Position numbers and translations under genes: made by a program. Below, in pieces: positions 37,161-49,160 of a stretch of DNA of 64,000 bases. The stretch is taken from positions 226,796,001 through 226,860,000 of the forward strand of contig NW_027362771.1 of assembly GCF_046119375.1 (NCBI RefSeq), given 5' to 3'. The DNA is from Phyllobates terribilis (lineage: Eukaryota). Below the pieces are notes generated by a model. The model did no database searches, was not told where the DNA came from, and worked only from the letters and a program-made list of their open reading frames with translations. Positions within the stretch are counted from its first letter, which is position 1. Every line of letters starts with the position of its first letter.

Positions 37161-37385
37161 TTGCCTAAAATAAATAGGAAATGTGTAATGTTCAACTTCA
37201 GCCCTTTTACTTTTAGAGATCATTTCATCTTCAACTTTCTTAACAGTTCACGATAACAGTAATTTTGACCACGGGTGCCCAAACTTTTCATTGCCAGTGT
37301 ATATCCAGAAATAGTGTTATTCCGTATGTCAGTACACAGGACACCTTATTTTGAAAAGTTACTTGAAAATATGGTTACCCTTTAA

Positions 37386-38712
37386 CCCCTTTCTGGCCCA
37401 GGGCGTACTAATACGTACCTGTGCCCTGGGCCTTATAGGCCTGATACGTATTAGTACGCCCTAGCGATATCGCCGGGCGAGATCGCCGCCGGGTGTCAGC
37501 TGTAACAATCAGGTGCTATATGCCAGGAGTGGTCCCGCACTGCTCTCTGCACATTAACCCCCGAAATGCTGCGATCGAAATCGATCGCAGCATTCTGGTG
37601 GCAAGAGGAGGTAAGCGTAATACTTACCTTCTCTGCCAGCGTCCCGCGGCGTCTAAGTCCGGTCCCAGATGTTGCCATGGTGACCCGATGACAAAATGAC
37701 AACATCTGGGTCACCAGGAGGCAGGAAGTTGCTTTGGTCATGCGCAGTGCACGACCAAAGTAACTTCTCCCTGTGCAGCGCTGACAGGCTACATAGGACA
37801 GGGATGGCTCAGCATCCGATCAGGCTGCAAAAAGTGAAAGTCCCATAGTGGGACAAAATGTAAAAGTCATAAAAATGTCATAAAGTGAAAAAAAAAAAAT
37901 CGTAAAAATATAAAAAAAAATGAAAAACATAATAAAAAAAATATATATATATATATATATTGTACCCATAAATAAATAATCTTATGAAAAAAAAATAAAA
38001 CAATAAAAGTACACATATTTGGTATCGCCGCGTCCGGAACGACCTGACCTATAAAACTGTCCCACTAGTTAACCCCTTTAGTGAACACGGTAAAAAAAAA
38101 AAAAAAAAAACGAAACATAAAACTATGTTTTATCATCATACAGCCAAACAAAGTGTGGAATAAAATGCGATCAAAAATACGAATATAAATAAAAATGGTA
38201 CCGCTGAAAACGTCATCTTGTGCCACAAAAAACAAACTGCCATACAGCTCCAGTGGCCGAAAAATAAAAAAGTTATAGCTCTCAAAATAAAGTGATGCAA
38301 AAACAATTCTTTTTTCTATAAAATAGTTTTTATTGTGTAAAAGCGCCAAAATATAAAAAAATATATAAATGTGGCACCGCTGTAAACATACTGACCCGAA
38401 GAATAAAGCTACCTTATCAATTTTACCACACGCAGAACGGCATAAAAAAAAAAGAAAAAAAAATTCCTGAATTGTTGGTTTTTGTTTATTCTGCCTTCTA
38501 AAAATCAGTATAGAAAGCGATCAAAAAATGTCACATGCCCGAAAATGGTACCAATAAAAACGTCAACTTGTCCTGCAAAAAACAAGCCATCACATGACTC
38601 TGTCAGGCAAAATAAGGAAAAATTATAGCTCTCAAAATATGGCAATGCAAAAACTAGTCTTTGCAAAAAAATGCCTCGTTTAGTGTGTGACAGCTGTCAA
38701 TCATAAAAACCC
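37386..38712 (+). mobile_element. Left part of a non-autonomous piggyBac-like element, truncated by the Penelope-like element
   Basis: Starts TTAA-CCCC. 37950-38712 is homologous to 23560-24320, and the homology stops at ...CATAAAAACCC where the pLTR begins. Confidence 0.75.
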
Positions 38713-39030
38713 AATAATTAATAAAGACCAAGCTCAACTATTGAAAAAGAAGGGTGCCAGGAATACAACACATGCATCCGTGTAGATAAAGATTCCGGCA
38801 CACCAAATAATATAGAAAAGTCTCATATAGGTGATAAAATAGTAGATGCTTTGTTTCTCCAATATCAACTGGTTCAAATCGTGGTCAGTATACAGTTGCC
38901 CAACGTTTCAACCCCAACGGGGTTTTCCTCAGGGGCTTCAGAAGAGCTTAAAAACCAGAGCATAAACAAAAATAAAGACATAAGTGAGATACAATATAGT
39001 AGATAATACAATGAGTAATATATACCAAAA
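38713..39030 (-). repeat. 3' pseudo-LTR of PLE copy 1
   Basis: Near-identical to 61640-61957, with about 4 differences seen by eye. Confidence 0.92.
38897..38937 (-). ncRNA. Minimal type I hammerhead ribozyme in the pLTR
   Basis: Minus strand reads GCCC-CUGAGGA-A-AACCCC-GUU-GGGGUU-GAAAC-GUU-GGGC. Confidence 0.8.
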
Positions 39031-39639
39031 TAGGTACAAGTTGATGGAACAAGACGAGGGGGAAAAAAAGAAGGGGGGGGAGGGGGCTAGGGGGAGGAAA
39101 AGGATGGGAAGGGAGAAAAAAGGGGAAGTGTTAGGGAGAACAACGGGAGTAGAGAGAAAAGGGAGCGTTATACACTCAAAACAAAAGGAGCGGACCGTTG
39201 TAAAGTGAAAGATTTTCAAGATACCTAGTTGCTATGTACTGCTTAATATCTGGGGATCTATCCATGTGACTGTAGAGAAGCTCAGGATAAATTACAATAA
39301 AGAGAACCAGTCGTTGTTGTGGTAAGGGAAAAATGTCAGCCGGCAATAGTAGCTGTGGTAGACAGCAAAGGTAAAATGAGTCACCAGTACCCAGATATAA
39401 CCTGTATCAAGGCAAGAAAATACTTGCCTTAAGCAATAATAGTGGTAATGGCCGAGGAGGTATGCCTACGGGGTATGGGAATAGACCTGAGACCAGAAAA
39501 AGTGGGTAAATACCAAAGTCTACATGGGGTCATAGGGGATAGAGATGATCAGCCCAGAAGGCTCTTACCTATGTGCCTCTTGGAAAGTGTATCCTGCCGG
39601 TGGTGGTGTGGTGTCAGGAGCGGTGACGGTGTTTAAATA

Positions 39640-39770
39640 GCGCTGTGTGACTTCCTGCTTCCGGAGTGCGATGACGCAACAACCGGTCTCGTGGAACGCA
39701 AATTCCGGTTGCGTGGAACGCATGACAGCGCATGTGCGCGACACAATGGGTGAGATATACATAGAGGGAA
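39640..39770 (-). promoter_or_regulatory. Candidate internal promoter of the PLE
   Basis: CpG-rich patch with CCGGAAG/GGAAGT (ETS-like), TGACGCAA (CRE-like) and GCGCATGTGCGC (NRF1-like) motifs upstream of TATTTAAA on the sense strand. Confidence 0.4.
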
Positions 39771-40360
39771 AAAAACACAACAGCGCGTGCGCAGGATGCG
39801 TACTGTGGAGCTGAGTGAACCTAAAGAAAGCCATTAGGAGCTAAGTGAGTGGTAGCTAAAAATGGATGAGGGTAATAAAGATGAAGGGGAGGACCATATT
39901 GGGGAAATGTTAATGTATGCCTGGGGGAAGGAGAAAAAGAAAAAATGAATAAACATATACATAAGAGGGGAAAGGCTGGGGAAACATATACAGATAGTAT
40001 ATGATGGTACATGCAGGGAGAAGGGGAAAGACAGGGGGGATGATTGATAAATAGACACACATACATATCCATGTGAGAGGGGAGAGGCAGGGGAAATATA
40101 TATTATATAGAGTACATGTAATATAGCATCCGCAAAACATTATAAGCAATTCAGTGTAACATAGAAAGTATTATATAGGGTGACACAAAGGATATATCCG
40201 GTTCATATATGTAGGGTCTGTGAAAAAAGTAAAAACATAATATAAGAAATACAGAACAAAGCGATAATAATGGGCAATATGCATATTGCCCTATGTATTT
40301 GTATTTACATAAGGAAGAACAAAGGATCATCACTGATAAACTTTCAAATAAGGTGGTATC

Positions 40361-40759
40361 TCAAACGTGAACCTCATATTCCCTGCTAAGGCCATGAGGT
40401 TCCAATGTCTTTAAGGTGAAGATCCAGAAGGCCTCCCTTTCTTTGAGCCTCTGGATCCTGTTTCCCCCTCTCCTGCCTGGTGGGACATGATCAATTACCA
40501 GGAAGCGTAATTGTGCGATAGAGTGATGGTGGGCAAGGAAATGGTTAGGGATGGGTAATAAATTGTACTTACATCGAATAGTGGATTTATGTTTGCTGAT
40601 CCTATCTCTGATGTGCTGTGTTGTTTCGCCAACGTACCCTAGACCGCATGGACACTTGATCAAATGCACTACGAATGAAGATTCACATGTTAAGTAACCC
40701 TTGACTGGGAACCTTTTGCCTGTAAGAGGATGTGTAAATGTACTTCCTCGAGTTATGTT
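40361..40759 (-). pseudogene. GIY-YIG endonuclease domain of PLE ORF2, separated from the RT by the hAT insertion
   Basis: Translates to VVHLIKCPCGLGYVGET..RDRISKH...LKEREAFWI...PHGLS. The expected Tyr and Asn consensus positions read His and Ser. Confidence 0.92.
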
Positions 40760-41265
40760 TAGTGTTGAGCCACCCCCATAGTGTTCGAGTTCGGTTCGGT
40801 TCGTCGAACACCCGTGTGTTCGCCGAACTGTTCGTCGAACTGTTCGTCGAACACCTTCGAACACCGTTAAAACCAATGGCAGGCAAACAAAAACACATAG
40901 AAACACATAGAAAACACCTTCAAAGGTGTCCAAAAGCTGACAAACTGCTCAGAAGACACAACTAACACATGGAAAAGTGACAAGTACATATAGTCATGCG
41001 AAAAGAAAAGAGGTGGAGGAGTAAGAGGAGGGGGAGACACAGATATAGTCATGTCATGCCCTTCTAAAATCCAAAAAGTGAGAAGCCGACACGTTCAGTC
41101 CGCTCCTGCCCGTGCCACCTCCGTGTCGCCGGGTTTGTGCCAGAGCCGCGGTGAACCCTGACGGCCAGCCCCCCTCTCCCAATACTAGTGCCTGTCCGCT
41201 GGTGGGTCGAGCGAGCCCCCCTGTGGTGGAGGCAGCTCTAAGCTTTTTAATTTAAATTGTCTCTC

Positions 41266-41536
41266 TAATTTGAATGAATACACTTTAAATCCATTTACAA
41301 GGATCTATTGGAGGGCAAGTCTCATGCCAGCAGCCGCGTAATTCCAGCTCCAGTAGCGTCAACTAAAGCTGCTGCAGTTAAAAAGCTTTTATAAGGATCG
41401 AGCTCGGCTGTCCACCACAAGGCATCCTACTGCCAGTCCCAGCCCCTATGCCTTGGGGTGCCTCCTGATGCTCTTCACTGAGTATCCCGTGGTCCCGAAG
41501 CATTTCCTTTGAAAAAATTAAGTGTCCAAACTACAG
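41266..41536 (+). pseudogene. Degenerate 18S rRNA fragment in hAT copy 2
   Basis: Near-identical to 8582-8852, with a 1-nt deletion in GCCGCG(G)TAA. Confidence 0.92.
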
Positions 41537-41801
41537 GTGGTGTAGCTTGCTTAACAGCCGGGATAATCCGCTGACTAGCAGACACTGCTACTAGGCACAA
41601 AGTATTTCCTGGGCTAGATGCAGTTAAAATGTTTTAATTAGATACTCTCGTTGGATGCTGAGAAAGCATTCCATAGAGTCTCCTGGCACGCCATATATGA
41701 TTCTCTTAAAAAGCTTGGGGTAGGGGTCTAGGGGACCCTTTTATAGCCAAAATCACGGCCCTGTATCACAATACGTCACCTAGGCTGAAGATAAATGGAA
41801 C

Positions 41802-43013
41802 TGTAGCACCCTGAGGGCTCGGTTGCTACAGAGGTATTGCAGCTCACCCAGAGGTGTGATATCTCACTCTCAGGTAAGGATGGAGTGTGGATCAGGACCC
41901 GACACCTGCATGCATTACACCACATTGCCGTGGGGCAGGGCGACCAATATGCCTCTGAGATGGGCACGACAGTCCCTGTCCCTGGCTGGAGTGGGGGGAG
42001 GGAACACTGAGGAAGGGGAACCCTGTAGTGCAGGAGCAGGGAGGAAGCAGTTCCTGGGTGCATTGAGAAGGGAGTATAAAAGGTGGGCACCATCTTAGTT
42101 CAGTGCAGAGAAGTCTGAGCAGAAGTGGCAGGGAGCAGGGGCTCCGCATGAGTTCTGCTCCGGAGGCGGGCCTAGTAACAGAGGCCCAGGCCTGGAAGAG
42201 GGAGAAGTAAGGAAGAGGAGCGGAGAAGGCTCCAGGAACGAGGAATGAAGGGATCCCAGGGGTGCGGACGGGCGAGTCGCCACCGCACACCCGAATCCAC
42301 CTGCGTGGAGGGGTCAGGCCAAAGGGGGAGACCTGTCCCCGAAACTAGTGGAGGCAGGAAACGACCCTCCGCTAGAAACCGGAGGCTGTGACATTTTATG
42401 TGGCGCAGCCCCTCGCTACACCCGCTAGGAAGGCACCACATAGGGTCAGGGAAACTGGCGCCAAGTTTACCAAGAGGAGGCCCGAGGCAGCCGGACAGAA
42501 GGGTTGGTAAGAAAGGCCAGACAAAGGACACACAAAGGGGGTCCTGTGAAGCGCTCCACAGTTATCTGGGAGTTGTCTGAGCCCCTCACCTGGTGAGCAC
42601 AGTACGACGTGGGCAGCCGTTACCTGCAGACGTGGTCTGGATAATAAGAACTGTGAGTAAAGGCCCTGGACTGCATCACTGACTCCGTGTCGCTACTGCT
42701 GCTGCCCTGCACCATCACCCCCATCCTCCGCATACACTGCCCTGAGGCTATACTCCTCCCGTGGGGAGTTATGCTACGCTCTGCTGCACCCACAACACCA
42801 GCCTCAGCGGTCTGCCCTGCAGCGGCGGTTCACTCTGACCGCAATCCACGGGTGGCGTAGTCGGACATTTAAACATCAAAAACATAAATAGTTCCGCCAC
42901 TGGTTTGACCACCCTGAGACACGGAACCGGGTCGCCGCCACGAAGACTACAACCACCAGCATCCACCAAAAAGGGTCCGGCTCCGGGTGTCCCAAGGCCC
43001 AGGGGGTGCATCA
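41802..43013 (+). mobile_element. Solo LTR in hAT copy 2
   Basis: TG...CA termini with the same GAAC TSD as in copy 1. Confidence 0.8.
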
Positions 43014-43027
43014 GAACATTTTCATCA

Positions 43028-43460
43028 CCTTTCACAATCACCAATGGGACAAGGCAGTGATGTCCTCTGTCCCCTCTCTTATACATCCTAGTGACGGAGC
43101 ACCTGCTCTCATCAATTCGCCATAACCCCAATATTAGGTGGATTGAGGTGGGAGGCACCGAGTACAAGTGCTCTCTATTTGCTGATGATGTCCTAGTATA
43201 TATCACTCAATCACATATATCCATCCATGCTGTTATGGCTGAAATAGATCACTTTGTAACATGGTCAAATTTTAAAATCAATGCAGCGAAGTCTGAGGCC
43301 CTCGATGTCTCCCTCCCCAAATCCATATAGGATTCCATCCAGTCCAACTTTCCCTTTGCCTGGCCCTCACAGGGTATCAAATACTTAGGAATTCCTATTC
43401 ATAGAGACCTCTCCCATCTATGTTATCTTAATTTTGGGCCCTTTATTGAACAACTCCATA
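43028..43460 (+). pseudogene. L1 RT fragment in hAT copy 2
   Basis: ORF 43091-43330 contains SLFADDVLVY. Confidence 0.88.
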
Positions 43461-43535
43461 CAGACCACGGTTGGCAAGTTAGAACTGTAAGATTCACTAC
43501 GTGAACCACTGGTGTTTTGTGGAAAAGCACATGTA

Positions 43536-44900
43536 CACTGTTTTCCAAATTATTATGCAAAAAGTGTTTAGGAGTGATAAGGGAAGAATTTGTTTGTTTG
43601 TCAGTTAAACTCATTGATGGTGATGTGTGTCAGGGCTCTTTATATCACTGTAAGCAATTGAAGACACTTGTGCTAATTAGTTTGGCAGGTGTGTCCAATG
43701 AAAGGCAAGACTACTTAAGAAGGCTGTCTCACATTATTAAGCAGCCTACATTTTCTGCCAAAATGGGAAAGAAAAAGGATGTGTCGGCTGCTGAGAAGCA
43801 ACAAATTGTGGAGTGTTTAGGTCAAGGCATGACTACAATCAACATTGTGCGATGATCATGATGAAGTGTCTTGGCAATCAATAAGTATGTAGCTGATTCA
43901 CAGTACACACGTGTGCGTGCTGATAAGGGCAAATTGAGGACTCTTTCCTACAGGCAATTACGTCAGGTTAAAAGAGCAGCGGCAAAAAAGCCTTGTCATA
44001 GCAGCAGACAAGTTTTTGAAGCTGCTGGTGCCTCCAACGTCCCCCGAACAACAAGATGCAGGGTCCTTCAGAGGTTTGCAGCTGTGCATACGCCATCCTG
44101 TCGACCTCCTCTATCCACTTCACACAAGCAGAAACGGCTCCAGTGGGCCAAACATTACATGAAGACTGATTTCAAAACTGTTTTGTTCACGGATGAGTGC
44201 CGTGCAGCGCTCGATGGTCCAGATGGATGGAGTGGAGGATGGCTGGTTGATGGACACCCCACGCAAACACGGCTACAGCGCCAACAAGGAGGAGGTGGAG
44301 TAATGTTTTGGGCTGGAATCATGGGGAGAGAGATTGTCGGCCCCTTTAGGATCCCTGAAGGCGCTAAAGATGAACTCCATAATGTATGTGGATTTTCTCA
44401 AACAGCACTTCCTGCCATGGTTCAAGAAGAAGAACCGTGTATTTCACAGCAAGATCATTTTTTTGCATGATAATGCACCATCTCATGCTGCACATAAAAC
44501 ATCTGCATCTCTGGCTGATATGGGCATAAAAGGGGACAAACTTATGGTGTGACCCCCATGCTCCCCTGACCTCTACCCCATTCAGAACCTCTGGAGCATC
44601 ATCAAAAGGAGTGTCTATGATGGCGGGAGGCAGTTCACATCTAAGCAACAGCTCTGGGAGGGTATTCTGTCCTCATGCAAAACAATTGAAGCAGAAACCA
44701 TCCAAAACCTGACAAATTCAATGGACGAGAGAGTTCAGAAGCTCCTTTCGAACAAGGGGTCCTATGTGAAAATGTAACATCACCTAGAATAAAGTTTTGA
44801 GTTGAAAACTGTTTGATTTCAGTTTCTAATAACCTGCTAATGCTTATAATTTCAAAAATGACCATTTTTTTGGTCTTTATTAAAATGAAAAGGTTGATCG
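43536..44900 (+). mobile_element. Tc1 pseudogene in hAT copy 2
   Basis: Carries the same stops and frameshifts as 10844-12215. Confidence 0.9.
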
Positions 44901-45344
44901 AAAAGTTTGGGGGATCTAAAAGTGTGGAAACCCAGTAATCATGATTACTTCGAATTCTGACAATATGAGGGTCATGTTGCAGGTAGTGCAGCAAGAAGGC
45001 ACTTATGTGTCTTGCGCATCTCGGAGCCCCAAAATTATTTTCCGGGCTAGATGCAGCTAAAAATTATTATTAATTTTAAATCTGGTGGAGCTTAGTATAG
45101 ATGGCCTAATAGGATCAGTGCTGCACACTGCTACAAAGCCCAAATTATTTTCCAGTCAAGATACAGATAAACATGATTAGTAATTTTAAATCTGGTGGAG
45201 CTTATTATAGATGTCCTAATAGAATCAGTGCTGCACACTGCTACAAAGCCCAAATTATTTTCCAGCCAAGATACAGATAAACATGATTAGTAATTTGAAA
45301 GCTTAAAATGGTTGGTAGGGTGATTTTAACCAATTATCAAGCTT

Positions 45345-48300
45345 TTACTCTCCCCAGGATGACACAGGGGTAGAAAAGTCATTTTGGATCCATGATTTGT
45401 TCATCTTTATGAACGTGAGTCTGTCTACATTATCAGTGGAGAGCCGCGTGCGCTTATCTGTCAGCACACCACCAGCAGTGCTGAACACACGTTCAGACAG
45501 AACGCTGGCTGCGGGGCATGACAAGATCTCCAAGGCGTAAGTGGCTAGCTCCGGCCATTTATCCAGATTGGAAGCCCAAAAAGAGCAAGGGTCCAGTGAC
45601 ACAGTCATGGCTTCAATGTTTACTTGGAGATACTCCTGTACCATCGTCTCTAGGCGTTGACTATGTGTCAGACTTCTTGTCTCCTGTGGCCTTGCAAAGG
45701 ATGGGCTAAAAAAGTGGTGAAATGATTCCGCAAAATTGATGTTGCCAGCAGATACTGTGGTTCTGTTACGGTTTGAGTGCTGAACACTTGACGGTCCCAT
45801 GGTTGGCAAGTTGGAACTGTGAGATTCACTACGTGCACCACTGCTGTTTTGTGGAAAAGCACATGTAAGATTCTGCAACAGTGTCTGCTGATACTCCTGC
45901 ATGCGTGCATCCCTTTCTATGGCAGGAATAATTTCTGCAAATTTACTTTTGTACCGGGGATCTAACAGTGTGGCAACCCAGTAGTCAGGATTATTTCTAA
46001 TTCTCACAATTCGAGGGTCATGTTGCAGGTAGTGCAGCAAGAAGGCACTCATGTGTGTTGCGCATCCAGGAGCACCAAGTCCCTGTTGTGTTGGTGGCGA
46101 GGTAACAATCTTGCTTCCTTCCTCTGTCCTCTCCCCGCAACCTCGCACAACAGAAATGTGATCAAGGTCTCCCTCATCTGATGAGTCTTCCATCAGTTCG
46201 TCCTCCACTTCTTCCTGGGCTCCTGCACCTTCCTCACTAGTTTGGCTGCTACCATGCGCCCTGGTAAAACCATCTCCCCCACCCTCACATGCCTGCCGCC
46301 TTGGTGCTGCCGACCGTCTGGACCTTGCAGATGTTAGCCCTTCTGCATACAACTCCTCCTCCTCTACTTCCTCCACCTCCTCTTGTGCCACCACCTGACT
46401 CCGAATTCTGTTTAACATGTGCTCCAGCATGTAAATCACCGGAATAGTCATGCTGATAATGGCATCGTCAGCACTAAACATCTTCCTCGCCATTTCAAAA
46501 CTGTGCAGAAGGGTGCATAGGTCCCTGATCTGAGACCACTCCTCCAGCGTGATTTGCCCCACCTCTGGATCTCGTTGGCCCAGGCTATACGTCAGAACGT
46601 ATTGCACCAGGGCTTGTCGGTGCTGCCACAGTCGCTGCAACATGTGCAGAGTTGAATTCCACCGGGTAGGCACATCGCATTTTAGCCGGTGAAGTGGCAG
46701 GCCCAACGACTTCTGTAGAGATGTAAGTCACTGAGCTGCGGGATGTGAACGGCGGAAGTGAGCACACAGCGACCGTGCCCTCTGCAGAAGGCCATCTAGT
46801 CTGGGATAGTGGGCTAAAAATTGCTGGACAACCAGGTTCAACATGTGAGCCATACAAGGCACGTGTGTGACATTGCCCCGGCGAAGGGCCGCACCCAGGT
46901 TTGCAGCATTGTCGCAAACGGCCTTCCCTGGTTTCAGGTCCAGTGGAGACAACCATTCATGAAATTGGTTCTCCAGAGCTGACCACAACTCCTCAGCTGT
47001 GTGACTCACATTTCCCAGACATTTCAAAGTAAAAACCGCCTGATGACGTTGAGCCCTACTGCCAGCATAGTAAGGAGGTGTGCAGGATCCCTTCTGCGCA
47101 GTTAGAAAGCTTGTGGCATGACCAGACAGGCTTTCGGTGCAGGTGGAAGACCGAGAGGAGGTTGAGGAGAAAGAAGCAGTGGAGGAACTTTGACATAAAG
47201 AGGATTGACGCACAACTCGTGGGGACGGCAAGACTTGGACAGCAGCCCCTTGTCCTGCTGTCACCATAGTTACCCAGTGCCCAGTCAGCAACATGTAACG
47301 CCCCTGTCCATGCCTACTCGTCCAAGTGTCTGTGGTGAAATGCACCCTGTCACACACAGAGTTTCTCAAAGAAGCGGTGATGTTGTGTGCGACATGCTGG
47401 TGGAGCGCAGGCACACCTTTCTTTGAGAAGTAGTGCCGACTGGGCATCTGGTACTGGGGCACTGCGACGGACATAAGGTCTCGAAAATCCTCTGTGTCCA
47501 CCAGGCGAAAGGCAGAATTTCTGTAGCCAAGAGCTTGCAGATGGTGAAATTCAACCTCTTAGCTTTCTCATGGCTAGGAGGAAATGGTCTTTTACTTGTC
47601 CACATCTGAGGGACCGAGGGCTGGCTATTGTGCTTAGACGGGGTTGATAAGGGTGTCCCCGGCAAACTGCCGGTCTGTGAGGAAGATGCAGGCGGACATG
47701 TTAGGTTGCCTTGATCCAAAGGTGGTGCTATCGATGTCGGACAGCGCTCAACACTAGCTGGTGTTACCACCTCCAAAGAAAATGATGACATGCCAATCAC
47801 GCTGGCTGTTGTGGGTAAAGAGGTGGCAGGTCTGCGCCCCAAAACAGGTGTGACTGCTGTCCCCCCAGTCACAGAGGATGAAGAGGCTGCGGATGCACAA
47901 GATATGGCAGACGGTGGTTGGCCCGGCCGGCTAGGCCGCATTGTAGCACACTGAGCTTCCCACTGCAACTTATGCTTCATGTCCATGTGCCGGTTCATGC
48001 ATGAAGTACTCAAACTATGTATTTTTTGGCCTCTACTTAGCTTTTGCTGACAAATGTTACAGATAACACGAGTTGGGTCATCTTTATCGATCTGAAAAAA
48101 TGCCCAGGCTATGCAAGGCTTAGCACCCATGCGACCTGAAGAGCCACCACGACTTGTGGTGAGAGGCAGAGTTGTGTTTGAGGATGCAGTTGTTGACGTG
48201 CTTCCAGTACTACGTCTCTGTCCAAGATGGCGCAACCTGACCTCGTCGTCACTAGCATCTTCCTCCACCTCCTCTGCTGACCTCATCTCTTGGCTGACTG

Positions 48301-49045
48301 TGGGTTGACAGTAAGTGGGATCTCCAACCTCATCATCATCACCCTGTGCATTATCACACCCGTCGTCCTCAGAGCCAACCTGTTCCTGCCCTGACAAAAA
48401 ACTAAAGTTTTCGCTCCAATCAGGTATTTGAGTCTCATCATCGTCTTCCTCATTGTCTCCACCAACAGGAGTTACAGTTTGGGAATGAGGGTCTACATTA
48501 TGGTCAGAACCTTCTGCGTCTGGTCCTGGATCCGACTCATAAAGATTCTGGGCATCAGTGCAGATCATTTCCTTGTCTGGATTCACAGAAGCGCTGGAGT
48601 CGACCTCTGATTCCCAGGCTATAGTATGAGTAAACAGCTCTGCAGACTCAACCATCTGTTCTACCTCATACTCAGACGGGCAGCTGGAGATTTGGGAGCT
48701 GTGAGGAAGCAAGTGCGATTGGGGTGACACCTTTGAGGACTGGAGTATTTGTGATGTTGAAGTTGATGTGGAGGAGAGCCCATTTAAAGGAGCACTTGAT
48801 ATCCGTTGAAGCACCTGCTGTTTTTGTGCCTCATCTGGAATTTGTAGCGATTGGCGTGGCCGTAAGAAAGGGATCTTATCACATTGTCCGCTAAAAGAAG
48901 TAGACATTTTAGTTTGGCTGGAAGATGGTCTTTCTTCTGCAGATGTTACTGTTGCTTTAACACCTACCCCACGGACACAACCTTTTTTCCCCTTTCCAAC
49001 ATGCCTATTCCCCTTTCCACCAGCAGCAGGCCTTTTTCCACTCAT
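45345..49045 (-). pseudogene. hAT transposase, copy 2, with a 1-nt deletion near 47505 and a CGA>TGA stop at 46728-46730
   Basis: ORFs 47366-49045, 46728-47501 and 45345-46706 are collinear with the copy 1 transposase. Confidence 0.95.
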
Positions 49046-49160
49046 TTTGGTGGTTAACTAATTCACAACTCTGGAGTTGTTTGCACAAAAAAACAATGGA
49101 TGGGAACCGAGCAGAGCTGAGTGGCCAAACTGTGGTATTAGGCCAAAACTATTGGCTGTG

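Larger units (their letters stand above)
34112..37299. mobile_element. Short non-autonomous Tc1 (about 300 bp of its own sequence) hosting two further Tc1 insertions
   Basis: Matching termini CAGTGGTTTGTAAAAGTTTGGCCACCCC and its inverse at 37270-37299, flanked by TA. Confidence 0.8.

Noticed and set aside
36834-37256. 140-aa ORF with a YIYIYI tract
   Set aside because: Translation of the (TA)n microsatellite and a Tc1 end.
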